DNA of 64,000 nt from an uncultured virus (IMG/VR IMGVR_UViG_3300020595_000014) (IMGVR_UViG_3300020595_000014), one strand, 5' to 3'; shown: positions 28,325 to 38,141, numbered from the stretch's first letter. Numbers and translations: made by a program. The notes: a model not told the origin generated them from the sequence alone.

Positions 28325-30883
28325 GTGAGTTATCGAAATATAGTATATAATGGTAAGGAGAGTTCAATTAAGCTCTTTACGTGGGATGAAGATGGTAAGC
28401 GTATATCTTATGAGGTGTCTCATGAACCGTATCTATTTGTTGAAGGTAACGGTAAGTACGAGTCTATTTTTGGTACTAAGCTAATTAAGAAGAAGTTTCA
28501 GAATCAGTATGGCCGGTATAAGTTTATTAAAGATACTGGTATTAAGAGAGTATTTGAAAACTTACAATCACATCAACAATATCTTGTAGATCGTTACTGG
28601 GAGGAGAACGAAGAAGAGGACTTCAATAAGCATCCTATTAAGACGATGTTTATTGATATTGAGACTTACTCCCCCGACGACTTCCCAGATATTCAAACTG
28701 GTAATCATAAAGTAACTGTTATAACTGTATACGATACTATAGCAGATCACTTCACGACGTTCGGGCTATATGACTACAAAAATCATCAAAGTGACGTAAC
28801 TTATATAAAATGTGATGATGAGAGGGACCTCTTTAAGAGGTATATTCAACATCTAGAGCAGGATTTTCCTGATATACTGTCTGGTTGGAACTCTGAGTTC
28901 TTCGATATACCTTATATTATTAACAGATGCCGCCGTATCCTTGGGGATGAATGGGTTGCTCGTATGTCCCCTACAGGTAATGTAACTAGTAGGATCATTA
29001 AGGGAGCCTTTGGGAGAGACCAGGTGAAATGGTCTATAGAAGGTATATCACTACTTGACTATCTTGATGTGTATAAAAAGTTCTCTATGGGTCTCCGTGA
29101 GAGTTATAAGCTCGATGCTATCGGTGAATTAGAGCTCGGTGAGAAAAAGGTTGAGTATGGTAATATGAATCTTGCTACTCTATCTGATGAGGATTGGCAG
29201 ACGTTTGTTGACTACAACATTCAAGACGTTAGACTTCTTAAGAATTTAGATGTTAAACTGAAGTATATTGATTTAATTCGTATGTTAGCTTATTCCGGCC
29301 TAACTTCGTTTGAAGCAGCTATGGGGTCATTGTCCGTCATTAACGGTGCTACTGCTATTAGAGGTAGACGACGTCAGCAATGTATACCTACGTTCATTCG
29401 CAATGAGGATACTGGCAAGAATCCAGGCGCATATGTAGGCGAACCGTTAAAGGGATTTCAGAAAGATATTATTTCGTTTGATGCTAACTCACTATATCCG
29501 AACGTAATGATCTCTCTTAATATGTCTCCGGAGACAAAGGTAGGTAAAATTGAAGATAAGACTGACGAGGAGGTTACGATTAGGCACGTCAACGGTAAAA
29601 CATTTACAATGCCTATCGAGAGCTTTGGTAAGTTTGTCAAAGACGAAGAGATCGGTATAAGTCGGGCTAATGTACTGTTTACACAGAAGCGTAAAGGTGT
29701 AATGCCTGAGATTCTCGATGAGTATTATAACAAGCGCGTTGAGGTTAAAAAGATACTTACTAAACTAAAGCATGAGTATGCTGCTAACCCGACACCTGCT
29801 CTAAAGGTACGTATTGATCAATTAGACTCGAAGCAGCTCTGTATCAAGATCTTTATTAACTCGATATATGGATACTTCGGCAATAAGCATGCCCCGTTCG
29901 GCGATGATGATATTGCCGCGTCAATTACCCTGACCGGACAGGCAGTAATTAAGACCTCTAACGAGTTACTCAAGCAGTATATAACTAAACGCGTAGGTAT
30001 AGATGACGAGAAGAAGCTTAATGATAGTGTTATATACAACGATACAGATTCGTCATATATATCCCTTAAGCATATTATTGATAATACTGATATTGATTTT
30101 GTAGGACCGGATGGTAAGATAACTGACGAGTTACATAAAGAGGTTCAAAAGATTGAAGATTTCTTGAATGATAAAATTAAGATATGGGGAACGCGTTCCC
30201 TCAACTCTATGGACTGTAGGTTTGTTTTTAAACGTGAAATGCTCGCTGATGTAGGCGTGTTTCTGCAGAAGAAACGTTACGTTATGCATGTACTAGATGA
30301 CGAGGGAATTGCCATGGATAAATACAAGTATACCGGTGTAGAGGTCGTTCGTAGTACTATGCCGGCAGCTATTAAACCTTATGTTAAGAATATTATTGAG
30401 ACGATGCTGAGTACTCGCGATATTAATAAGACTAATAGTGTACTGAATGAAGCTTATAGGATCTTCAAGAGCCTACCTATTGAGGATATTGCTTTTGTGT
30501 CGGGTATTAAGAATTACGAGAAGTATTCGACTCAATGCAATGGCTTTACTACATGCAAAGGTATGCCTAGTCATGTTAAAGCTGCGTATTATCACAACAT
30601 ACTTCTCAAGAAGTTTAATATTGATAAGGAATATGAAGAGATTGGTAGTGGGGATAAGGTTAGATTTTTTTACGTGCAGAAACCTAATCCATATAACATA
30701 GGTAATGTGGCATATAAATACTACCTACCTAGCGAATTTAAGGAAAAGCTCAAGATAGATTATGAATTAATGTTTGAGAAGATTATCTACTCTGCTATTG
30801 AGCGCTTTTATGATAATGTGAGTTGGTCTATTCAACGACCCGGAGCTGCAGTTCAGACAGATTTATTTGATTTACTTAGTTGA
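28325..30883 (+). CDS. Family B DNA polymerase (gp43-like)
   Basis: DIET, WNSEFFDIPY, YNIQD, DANSLYP, KIFINSIYG, YNDTDS, KKRY. Confidence 0.95.
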   Translation: MSYRNIVYNGKESSIKLFTWDEDGKRISYEVSHEPYLFVEGNGKYESIFGTKLIKKKFQNQYGRYKFIKDTGIKRVFENLQSHQQYLVDRYWEENEEEDFNKHPIKTMFIDIETYSPDDFPDIQTGNHKVTVITVYDTIADHFTTFGLYDYKNHQSDVTYIKCDDERDLFKRYIQHLEQDFPDILSGWNSEFFDIPYIINRCRRILGDEWVARMSPTGNVTSRIIKGAFGRDQVKWSIEGISLLDYLDVYKKFSMGLRESYKLDAIGELELGEKKVEYGNMNLATLSDEDWQTFVDYNIQDVRLLKNLDVKLKYIDLIRMLAYSGLTSFEAAMGSLSVINGATAIRGRRRQQCIPTFIRNEDTGKNPGAYVGEPLKGFQKDIISFDANSLYPNVMISLNMSPETKVGKIEDKTDEEVTIRHVNGKTFTMPIESFGKFVKDEEIGISRANVLFTQKRKGVMPEILDEYYNKRVEVKKILTKLKHEYAANPTPALKVRIDQLDSKQLCIKIFINSIYGYFGNKHAPFGDDDIAASITLTGQAVIKTSNELLKQYITKRVGIDDEKKLNDSVIYNDTDSSYISLKHIIDNTDIDFVGPDGKITDELHKEVQKIEDFLNDKIKIWGTRSLNSMDCRFVFKREMLADVGVFLQKKRYVMHVLDDEGIAMDKYKYTGVEVVRSTMPAAIKPYVKNIIETMLSTRDINKTNSVLNEAYRIFKSLPIEDIAFVSGIKNYEKYSTQCNGFTTCKGMPSHVKAAYYHNILLKKFNIDKEYEEIGSGDKVRFFYVQKPNPYNIGNVAYKYYLPSEFKEKLKIDYELMFEKIIYSAIERFYDNVSWSIQRPGAAVQTDLFDLLS

Positions 30884-30913
30884 TTAGATAGGAACACCTG
30901 TATAATTATACGT

Positions 30914-31288
30914 ATGACAGATAAGAAATATACCACATTTATTGATAACGCAGGCCGCACCGTTTTCGGTGAGGAAGTATCAAAAGGCGATTGCATTCAG
31001 GTAAAGAATCCTGTAATGATCACCGTTCAGCCTCAGCAGGATGGCCAGATGGCCGTGCAGCTTTTTCCACTATTCTTCCCAGAGTTTATTCAACCAGTAG
31101 GTGAAGATGCAGAGCGATCTACTGTCTTCTCCTGGAGTGTTCAAAACATCGCTCTAGGTAGTGAGTTTACAATCGAGCCACGTATTGTTGAGCAGTACGA
31201 GAAGGTTGTTAACCCGGTACTAGTACCGGTTGAGGCATCATCAGACGAAGCAGAGGATGCCGAGGTAATTAAGCTCTTTGATGAGTAA
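30914..31288 (+). CDS. Hypothetical protein
   Basis: 124-aa ORF, TATAAT 7 nt upstream; acidic C-terminus VIKLFDE. Confidence 0.7.
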   Translation: MTDKKYTTFIDNAGRTVFGEEVSKGDCIQVKNPVMITVQPQQDGQMAVQLFPLFFPEFIQPVGEDAERSTVFSWSVQNIALGSEFTIEPRIVEQYEKVVNPVLVPVEASSDEAEDAEVIKLFDE

Positions 31289-31301
31289 TATTTATCTGCT
31301 C

Positions 31302-31337
31302 GCCAGGTTACGCCTCTGAATGTATGTGTAACCTGGC
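31302..31337. other. Intergenic hairpin (12-bp stem, 12-nt loop)
   Basis: GCCAGGTTACGC-ctctgaatgtat-GTGTAACCTGGC, followed by an A-run rather than a T-run. Confidence 0.65.
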
Positions 31338-31367
31338 AAAAAATCTAAAAGATAAGTAAGTATTTTT

Positions 31368-31871
31368 ATGTCAAATTGGTCAACACAATCATTCCGGCCT
31401 CCGTCTGATGACTCGTCATACTTCGGTCATGTGAGACAGGACGAAGCCGAAAAAATCCGTAATGAGATTAATCAGCAAGTACGGGCAGAAGCTAATGCAG
31501 CCATACATAATATTGTTACACAAAAAGACGCTGAAATTGCTAAATTGGAAGCGAGGATTGACAAGCTCAAAGCAGCTCCGAAAAAAACAGAGCCGGCAAT
31601 AATTGAGCCTGGTCCTCCGCCTGAATATACAAAAGGTGTAATATCAGCAACATTTTCAGAGTCCGAGGATATACAGACTATTAATAATGCTTTATATAGA
31701 GCAATAAGATATGGTCAGCTGACTGAAGACGATTTAAAAGACGATAATCTCGAAAGATTGAGGACGATTATTCTATCATGGAAGGCATTCTTCGAAGAAT
31801 ATAAATGGAAGAGTAACCATATATCTGTAAAGATTAAAAAATTACTAAAAGAGACTGATGAACTACTATGA
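31368..31871 (+). CDS. Hypothetical coiled-coil protein
   Basis: 167-aa ORF; TAAGTA 5 nt upstream. Confidence 0.6.
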   Translation: MSNWSTQSFRPPSDDSSYFGHVRQDEAEKIRNEINQQVRAEANAAIHNIVTQKDAEIAKLEARIDKLKAAPKKTEPAIIEPGPPPEYTKGVISATFSESEDIQTINNALYRAIRYGQLTEDDLKDDNLERLRTIILSWKAFFEEYKWKSNHISVKIKKLLKETDELL

Positions 31872-32710
31872 CTATAGTATGTACGAGTGATGAAAAATAT
31901 CTACCCCTATTTAACGCTTTTGCACAGTCTGCATTAGATAATAGTCCAAATGTTAAAATTATATGTAGATGCGTCAATGTTGATGAATCCGCTCTCATAA
32001 ATTTTAATAACGTTAAATATATATTTGATAATATAGAGTTAAATACGAAGCCTACTATATTATACCCTGATTGGGCAGACAAGCATTATATTACTGATGA
32101 ACATTTAAGAAACTTACCTAAGATTCATGATTATCAAATTTTTAAACGAGTATATAGTGAGCATGCAAGTTATTGTACAGGTATAAAATATGATACCCTC
32201 AATACGTTGATGGTAGATGAGGTGGATGAAGTTTATATATATAGTGACGTAGATGCAATAGTACGTAAAGATATTAATGATCTCTATGATGCTATGCACG
32301 AGTATAAGTCGGATATTGGTGTCGTGACAGATGTCGCGGTCAAGGTTGACGATAATAATTTTAATCGTTTTGAAAAAGTTAAACTCGGCGAGGATTTTGA
32401 ACTCGAAACAGGTGGTTTAATTGTTGTTAGAAATACAGAGGTAAGCCGTAAATTTATAAAGTTTTGTGCTGAAAAAATTGATTTATTTAATGTATCATCA
32501 GACGAGTCTGTATTTAATGATGCGTGCAAGTTATTTAACCCTACGTGCTTAAAGGTGCCATTAAGATATAAAGATGAAGGTGGTCCAGATAATACAGAGT
32601 TTAGAGTAGATGCGTGTATATGGTCTGGTCAAGGTGGCATTAAAAACTTTGTACCCGTATATACGAAAGAGCTAAACTATTACTTGAACAAGGCGAAAGG
32701 TATACTATAA
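31868..32710 (+). CDS. GT-A fold glycosyltransferase-like protein (paralog of 8301-9110)
   Basis: TSDEKY, YSEHASYCTGIKYDTL, YSDVDAIVR, YKDE...IWSGQG. Confidence 0.7.
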   Translation: MTIVCTSDEKYLPLFNAFAQSALDNSPNVKIICRCVNVDESALINFNNVKYIFDNIELNTKPTILYPDWADKHYITDEHLRNLPKIHDYQIFKRVYSEHASYCTGIKYDTLNTLMVDEVDEVYIYSDVDAIVRKDINDLYDAMHEYKSDIGVVTDVAVKVDDNNFNRFEKVKLGEDFELETGGLIVVRNTEVSRKFIKFCAEKIDLFNVSSDESVFNDACKLFNPTCLKVPLRYKDEGGPDNTEFRVDACIWSGQGGIKNFVPVYTKELNYYLNKAKGIL

Positions 32711-32718
32711 TTAGGTAT

Positions 32719-33837
32719 ATGAGTAAAGAAATTGACGATATTTTATCTGTAATTGATAAGTCTAATCCTTACGCGTCCTTCTTAAATGAGAGCGCTATTA
32801 GCAACGTAGACGGTTGGATCGATACTGGTTCTATGGTACTTAACGGTATTGTATCAGGTTCACTCCACGGCGGTATTCCAAAGAATAGAATGACCCTACT
32901 AGCTGGTCCGAGTATGACCGGTAAATCGTTTATTCTGCAAAAGATTCTAGCTAATGCTCAAAAGGAAGGTTTAATTCCAGTTATCTTTGATAGTGAGAAC
33001 GCTATCGATAGGGATGGTGCTGAAGCGTTAGGTCTAGATGTTAGTAAGGTGAAGTATGTACCAGTCTTTAGTATTGAAGAATGCCGCAACACGATTTTCG
33101 ACTTCTTAACTAAAGTAAAGGAGAAGGGTCAGGAAGGTAAATTTATAATCGCTATTGACTCTCTAGGTAATATGGAAAGTCAATTGCAGATCAATCGTCA
33201 GACAAAGGGTAATGTAAGTGCTGATATGGGTAGTAGAGCTAAAGCAATGAAGTCGCTATTACGTACACTTACTCAACTATCCGGCTTAACTAAAACTACT
33301 ATTCTTGCCACTAACCACATTTATGAAGACCCATCAGCAATGTTTCCGTCGCTTGTAAAAGCAATGCCAGGTGGTACTGCTACTGTATATCTACCTTCTG
33401 TTACTATACAGCTAGCTCGTAAACCGGTTAAGGAAGACAAGAACACTGACGGCAAATTAGCTGTAGGTCAAAAGAGCTACTCTGGTGTTATTCTACGAGC
33501 ACTGACCGTTAAGAATCGTTTCGTTAAGCAGTACTTGCAAGGTGAGATGTACCTGTCATTTGATCGTGGCCTGCACAAGTACTTTGGCTTATTGGATCTC
33601 GCGGTAGGTCTTGGAGCAGTTATACAGACTGGCGCAACATATCAATTACCAGATGGTAAGAAACTCGGCTATTATAGTAAGTGGAAAGATGATACTGAAC
33701 TATGGGATAAGACTATTATACCGGTTGTAGAAGAGAAGATTAAGAAAGAATGGAAGTACAGTAATAAAGATGTAGGTGATACAGATGAGATTATTCCAGA
33801 CGAAGTAACTGAGGATGCTGTGATAGCAGTTGAGTAG
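32719..33837 (+). CDS. uvsX: UvsX/RecA-like recombinase
   Basis: IDTGS, AGPSMTGKS, FDSENA, IDSLG, ADMGSRAK, KNRF. Confidence 0.92.
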   Translation: MSKEIDDILSVIDKSNPYASFLNESAISNVDGWIDTGSMVLNGIVSGSLHGGIPKNRMTLLAGPSMTGKSFILQKILANAQKEGLIPVIFDSENAIDRDGAEALGLDVSKVKYVPVFSIEECRNTIFDFLTKVKEKGQEGKFIIAIDSLGNMESQLQINRQTKGNVSADMGSRAKAMKSLLRTLTQLSGLTKTTILATNHIYEDPSAMFPSLVKAMPGGTATVYLPSVTIQLARKPVKEDKNTDGKLAVGQKSYSGVILRALTVKNRFVKQYLQGEMYLSFDRGLHKYFGLLDLAVGLGAVIQTGATYQLPDGKKLGYYSKWKDDTELWDKTIIPVVEEKIKKEWKYSNKDVGDTDEIIPDEVTEDAVIAVE

Positions 33838-33858
33838 TAACTAGTATATAATTAAAGA

Positions 33859-34599
33859 ATGAAAAGAAAAATTGTTGTAACTCTCAGTGGTGGGATGGAT
33901 TCTGCTGTACTGTTGTTTAAAGCTGCGAGGCTAGCTGATGAAGTACATACTATTAGCTTTGATTATGGGCAGCGTCATAAACGAGAACTAGAGTGCGTTG
34001 AAAAGCAGCTAGCTGATATTAAGAACTTATACCCAGATAAAGTATTTCATAATAAATTACTTGATACAACTTTTATACGTGAGATGGCGCCAGTATCGTC
34101 ACTCACTAATGATAGTATTGATACCCCGAATGTAAATGATATGATGGGTGAAGCTCAACCTAAGAGTTATGTACCATTCCGTAATTTAATGTTCTTGAGT
34201 ATGCTTTGCTCTTATGCTGAGGCTGTAGGTGCCGGTGAGGTATGGTACGGGGCCGCGCAAGCAGATAGTTTAGCCGGTTACTGGGATGGATCTGAAGAGT
34301 TTGTAAATCAGTTAAATGACGTAACAGCACTTAATAGAGAGAATAGAATTACAGTAGTTGCTCCTCTTATTGAAATGTCTAAAAAAGATATCGTCTTAGA
34401 CGGCGTCTCCCTTGGGGTAAACTTTAGTAATACATATACCTGCTATTCAGGCGAGTACCCTTGTGACGTTGAGTCTGCTAGCAGCAGCTTAAGGCTACAA
34501 GGCTTCGTTGAAGCTAAGCTGAGGGACCCTTTAGATTATATACAGCAGGATAAGTTAGACGCTATATATGAGAAGAATGGTTGTAAGTCTATCAACTAA
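33859..34599 (+). CDS. queC: 7-cyano-7-deazaguanine synthase QueC-like
   Basis: LSGGMDS, FDYGQRH..E, SSLT, YVPFRN, TYTCY. Confidence 0.9.
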   Translation: MKRKIVVTLSGGMDSAVLLFKAARLADEVHTISFDYGQRHKRELECVEKQLADIKNLYPDKVFHNKLLDTTFIREMAPVSSLTNDSIDTPNVNDMMGEAQPKSYVPFRNLMFLSMLCSYAEAVGAGEVWYGAAQADSLAGYWDGSEEFVNQLNDVTALNRENRITVVAPLIEMSKKDIVLDGVSLGVNFSNTYTCYSGEYPCDVESASSSLRLQGFVEAKLRDPLDYIQQDKLDAIYEKNGCKSIN

Positions 34600-34868
34600 T
34601 CTTTTTTACCCCACGATAGCTTACCAATAAGTCTAACTGAGATATAAAACAACGTAGCTATAACTTCCCAGAATATAGAGCTCTTTGCCTGTCTTATCAT
34701 ATGAAGTAAAAATCTAGTATCTGCCTCTTCTCTACTAAACCTCGTAGTATCATAATCTAGATCATGTACTTTACAACTAGCGTTAAACCTAGTACTTAAA
34801 ATCCTACGAACCCATTTCGGCGTCCACCACGCACCGCAATAGTATTTATTTTTCTCGTACTCACTCAT
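34596..34868 (-). CDS. Small protein with phospholipase A2-like motif
   Basis: YCG...CKVHDLDY...ADTRF; hydrophobic C-terminal helix. Confidence 0.5.
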   Translation of the reverse strand: MSEYEKNKYYCGAWWTPKWVRRILSTRFNASCKVHDLDYDTTRFSREEADTRFLLHMIRQAKSSIFWEVIATLFYISVRLIGKLSWGKKD

Positions 34869-35233
34869 TCCCCGTATGGGACAGCTAAGCCCTCGCTAAT
34901 TAAATGTTGATTAACATTTAGAAATCCACTCTCTTGAGTTTCGTCTGGTATAAACACCTCTACCAGCCACCTACCATACTTACCGTACTTGTCCTTTATA
35001 GTGGTAATTATAATTTCTTTATCTGATAATAAATCTCTCATGTAATCCCTCGCAGCTATACCAGATTCACGCTCCTCACCCCTCACTTCCGGTGTATCTA
35101 TTCCGAGTAATCGAACGCGCTGGTTTTGCATAACGACTTTGAATCCGAGATCAATATCCAATCTCAAGGAATCACCATCATATATGGATACTACTTTTGC
35201 CTTATAAGTGTATAGTGTATTTGCTATTAACAT
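34865..35233 (-). CDS. Thermonuclease (SNase)-family nuclease
   Basis: IYDGDS, IDLGF, VRLLGIDTPE, GKYGRWL, N..LI.EGLA..Y. Confidence 0.88.
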   Translation of the reverse strand: MLIANTLYTYKAKVVSIYDGDSLRLDIDLGFKVVMQNQRVRLLGIDTPEVRGEERESGIAARDYMRDLLSDKEIIITTIKDKYGKYGRWLVEVFIPDETQESGFLNVNQHLISEGLAVPYGE

Positions 35234-35243
35234 GTGTTATGAA

Positions 35244-36881
35244 TTAATATCCTTGAGTATGCAGTCTTTGTTGAGCGTAAAGGTTTTGAACTCTTTCTCT
35301 CTCTCGGTTAGCGAGCATTTGGTTAATCTCTTGTTGAGACATTCTCGCTTCTTCAGACTCTTCACGTTTTTCGACAGGGGCCTTGGACATATATTGAGCA
35401 GTTGATTGCTCTTGATCTTCACCACCTTCTCTTTTTCTAAAGTATAGCTTCTGTGACGGGCTAAAGAACCATTCACTAGCATCAAAGTCTGCCATTCCTC
35501 GAGCTTTTTCATACTGCTCTGGGGAAAGATGGTATTCATCTTTAATGCTCTTCTGCTCTTCATCCGAGGTACCATATCTTGCATTATCAGCACAATCCGG
35601 ACACATGCCACAATCACACCCATTTTCGGCATCTTCACATGCAGCGTGCTTATCTTTAGCAGCTTTCTTCATCGACTCTTCTTTGTCACCATCGCCGTCC
35701 ATATCCATATAGTCCGGCTTTGCCTCTGCATCTTCATCAAACTTTGATTGTACAGTGAAGTGATTAACGAGTGACTTAGTGATACTAGCTCTTTCTTGAT
35801 CACCCTGTCTGCTATATTGGTCATGAAGCTCTTTAGCTGACTGAAGCATACCAGCTGCTTTATGAGCAAACTCACCAGCACCTTGTTTAACAGCGTTAAG
35901 TACTTCTTGCTTTACACTGACACCTTCAGCGTCTTCTTCTGTGTCGTAAACGGGTGCATAAGATGTATCATAATCAACTACCTTTCTCTTCTTCTTCATA
36001 CCAGGAAATTTACCAGCCCTCATCGCATGCAAGTCCTCTAAATATTCCGGAATATCTTCATCTGAATGACGACTTGTATCAAAATCATCAAGCTCTTCGT
36101 CTTCCTTACTAGCCATTTCCCTTTCAAGAACTGCGATCATATCACGTAAGTATGCTTCGGCGAGATGGTACTCTTCGAACTGGTGCATGTAATCTAAAAA
36201 CTGCTTGAACTTATCAATGCTGTCTACTTTTGCGCCAGTGTCAGCGATATTGACAAGCACCTTAGGGTCAAGCTCGTCAAGCTCTTGGAGTTGAGCAAGT
36301 ACCTTAGTGAATGCTACTTTCAGTAGAAGCTTCTCATCCCCAATATCAGGATCTACTCCTTTTTCAACTGGAGCCTTTTCAATTGCATCCATTGTTGTGT
36401 TTTTGATCTCCTCAGCTGATAAGTTGCTATATTCCTTTGTCTTATAACCTTCATGTTTTTTAGGCCGAACGTTTTTGCCAGTTCTAAGTATCATCGCGAT
36501 TCTAAGAAACTCTGATACTCTATCCTCATCTGGATTTTCGTCATCCTTGCCGGTGGCGTATGCTTCGAATTCGTTTGCAAACGTATCGAGCATTTCTGGG
36601 CGATCAATTGCAATCTGACCTACCATTGCATTAACATCTTTTGCTGATGGTTTTCTTTTTGAATCTTTAAATTCAGCTGGAATAACTTCAGGGTGCTGAT
36701 CTTGAAGGTAATTGAAGAAAAATAAGCGAGCATCACGGTATGGTACACCTATGTTTAGTTTCTTCATTTTATTAACTACTGGCTTCAGTGTCTTAGCAAT
36801 ACTTTCCTCTAGAAGCTCTTCAGCAAAGTAATGTTCACTGCTCTCATTAATTACTCGGTTTGTCCATGTAGCGAAATTCAT
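35244..36881 (-). CDS. Large acidic modular late protein, putative head-internal
   Basis: VINES N-terminus, repeated EDAE linkers, AKPDYMDMDGDGDKEESMKKA module, late motif 5 nt upstream. Confidence 0.6.
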   Translation of the reverse strand: MNFATWTNRVINESSEHYFAEELLEESIAKTLKPVVNKMKKLNIGVPYRDARLFFFNYLQDQHPEVIPAEFKDSKRKPSAKDVNAMVGQIAIDRPEMLDTFANEFEAYATGKDDENPDEDRVSEFLRIAMILRTGKNVRPKKHEGYKTKEYSNLSAEEIKNTTMDAIEKAPVEKGVDPDIGDEKLLLKVAFTKVLAQLQELDELDPKVLVNIADTGAKVDSIDKFKQFLDYMHQFEEYHLAEAYLRDMIAVLEREMASKEDEELDDFDTSRHSDEDIPEYLEDLHAMRAGKFPGMKKKRKVVDYDTSYAPVYDTEEDAEGVSVKQEVLNAVKQGAGEFAHKAAGMLQSAKELHDQYSRQGDQERASITKSLVNHFTVQSKFDEDAEAKPDYMDMDGDGDKEESMKKAAKDKHAACEDAENGCDCGMCPDCADNARYGTSDEEQKSIKDEYHLSPEQYEKARGMADFDASEWFFSPSQKLYFRKREGGEDQEQSTAQYMSKAPVEKREESEEARMSQQEINQMLANRERERVQNLYAQQRLHTQGY

Positions 36882-36927
36882 AATAATATTTATGGATTCT
36901 ACACTGGTTTTATACTATAATAAGAGT

Positions 36928-37608
36928 ATGTGCGGAATATATTGTAGTGATGATAGTAATACCTTCGAGGTGTTAGAGGAAGCTAACCAATCTAGAGGCA
37001 ACTTTGCTACTGGATTATTGTATGCATCTGTTAAAGGTGATAAGGCACATTACGGCATTATACGTAAAGAAGGTTCTTTCTGTATGGAAGATATGGGTGT
37101 ACCTGCAGATTGTAAATTATTCCTAGGGCATAACCAAGCTCCTACTAGCAGTCAGAGGTATTTCCAAGACGATACATCACACCCATTCGAGGTAGGTGAC
37201 TGGGTAGTAGCTCATAACGGGGTATTGACTAACTTTAAGGAGTTACAACAAGAATGTAGAGCTGTACCTCATAATCCGGTAGATAGTTATATTATACCAT
37301 ACCTTCTAGCCGAGAATGATTATAAAGATGGCCCGTGTGAAAGTGTAATAGAAGGTGAAATTAATAATATTACAAGAGTGCTGCAACGACTTGAGGGTAC
37401 CTATGCTGTTTGGATGTATAATACCTGGAGTAATAACTTATATGTAGCTAGACAGGGTAGTACTTTATTCTATAAAGGAACACATGTATCATCTATTAAG
37501 GGCAATGGTTATATAGAGGTAGCGGAAGGTACCATATACAAATATACCCCCACTGGGTACGAGATAGTATCCACATTCAATCATAAATCACCGTTCTTAA
37601 CACTATGA
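36928..37608 (+). CDS. Class II (Ntn) glutamine amidotransferase domain protein
   Basis: MCGIY start (Cys2), RG, GHNQAPT, HPF, AHNGVLTN, VDS; TATAAT 6 nt upstream. Confidence 0.85.
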   Translation: MCGIYCSDDSNTFEVLEEANQSRGNFATGLLYASVKGDKAHYGIIRKEGSFCMEDMGVPADCKLFLGHNQAPTSSQRYFQDDTSHPFEVGDWVVAHNGVLTNFKELQQECRAVPHNPVDSYIIPYLLAENDYKDGPCESVIEGEINNITRVLQRLEGTYAVWMYNTWSNNLYVARQGSTLFYKGTHVSSIKGNGYIEVAEGTIYKYTPTGYEIVSTFNHKSPFLTL

Positions 37609-38126
37609 GACATATAGCACTATTTTCACAAACTGGTTCAGAGATAGCGAGCCTGGTAGAACGAGGAGTTAATCCATCCTCTATATTTTTTGATCAGAAA
37701 GATGATACTAAGATTGACCGTAGACTTAATATTAGTGATGTAGGTCATCGAATTGCAAAGAGGCACGTTAAGGATGTTCAGTACTTGAGAGATTGCTTTG
37801 GTGACCCATCCACATGCTTTATTACGTTACATGGATGGCTTAATATTATACCTAAGGAGATATGCGAGGAGTATAAAATTTATAACGGCCATCCCGGACT
37901 AATAACATCCTATCCACAACTTAAAGGTAAAGATCCGCAAGTACGTGCCTTTGAGGGCTGCTACTCTACTATAGGCTCAGTTATTCATCACGTTACACCC
38001 GGTGTTGATGAAGGTAAGGTAGTGTTGTCACATGGTGTAAAAAATGAATGTGCCTCATTAGATGAAATGTTTACTACACTTAAGGACATATCACTTAATC
38101 TATGGCTTGATTTCTTTACTAAGTGA
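37605..38126 (+). CDS. PurN-like formyltransferase (candidate DpdN-type)
   Basis: ALFSQTGSE, LHGWL.I, YNGHPGL, GSVIH.V..GVDEG. Confidence 0.8.
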   Translation: MRHIALFSQTGSEIASLVERGVNPSSIFFDQKDDTKIDRRLNISDVGHRIAKRHVKDVQYLRDCFGDPSTCFITLHGWLNIIPKEICEEYKIYNGHPGLITSYPQLKGKDPQVRAFEGCYSTIGSVIHHVTPGVDEGKVVLSHGVKNECASLDEMFTTLKDISLNLWLDFFTK

Positions 38127-38135
38127 TATTATAAT
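38107..38135 (+). promoter_or_regulatory. Sigma70-like promoter
   Basis: TTGATT-N17-TATAAT, 6 nt before ATG 38142. Confidence 0.7.
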
Positions 38136-38141
38136 TTCTAT

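Noticed and set aside
37605..38126. PurN-like gene as a purine-biosynthesis auxiliary gene
   Set aside because: No other pur genes here and the context is QueC/amidotransferase; disfavoured rather than excluded
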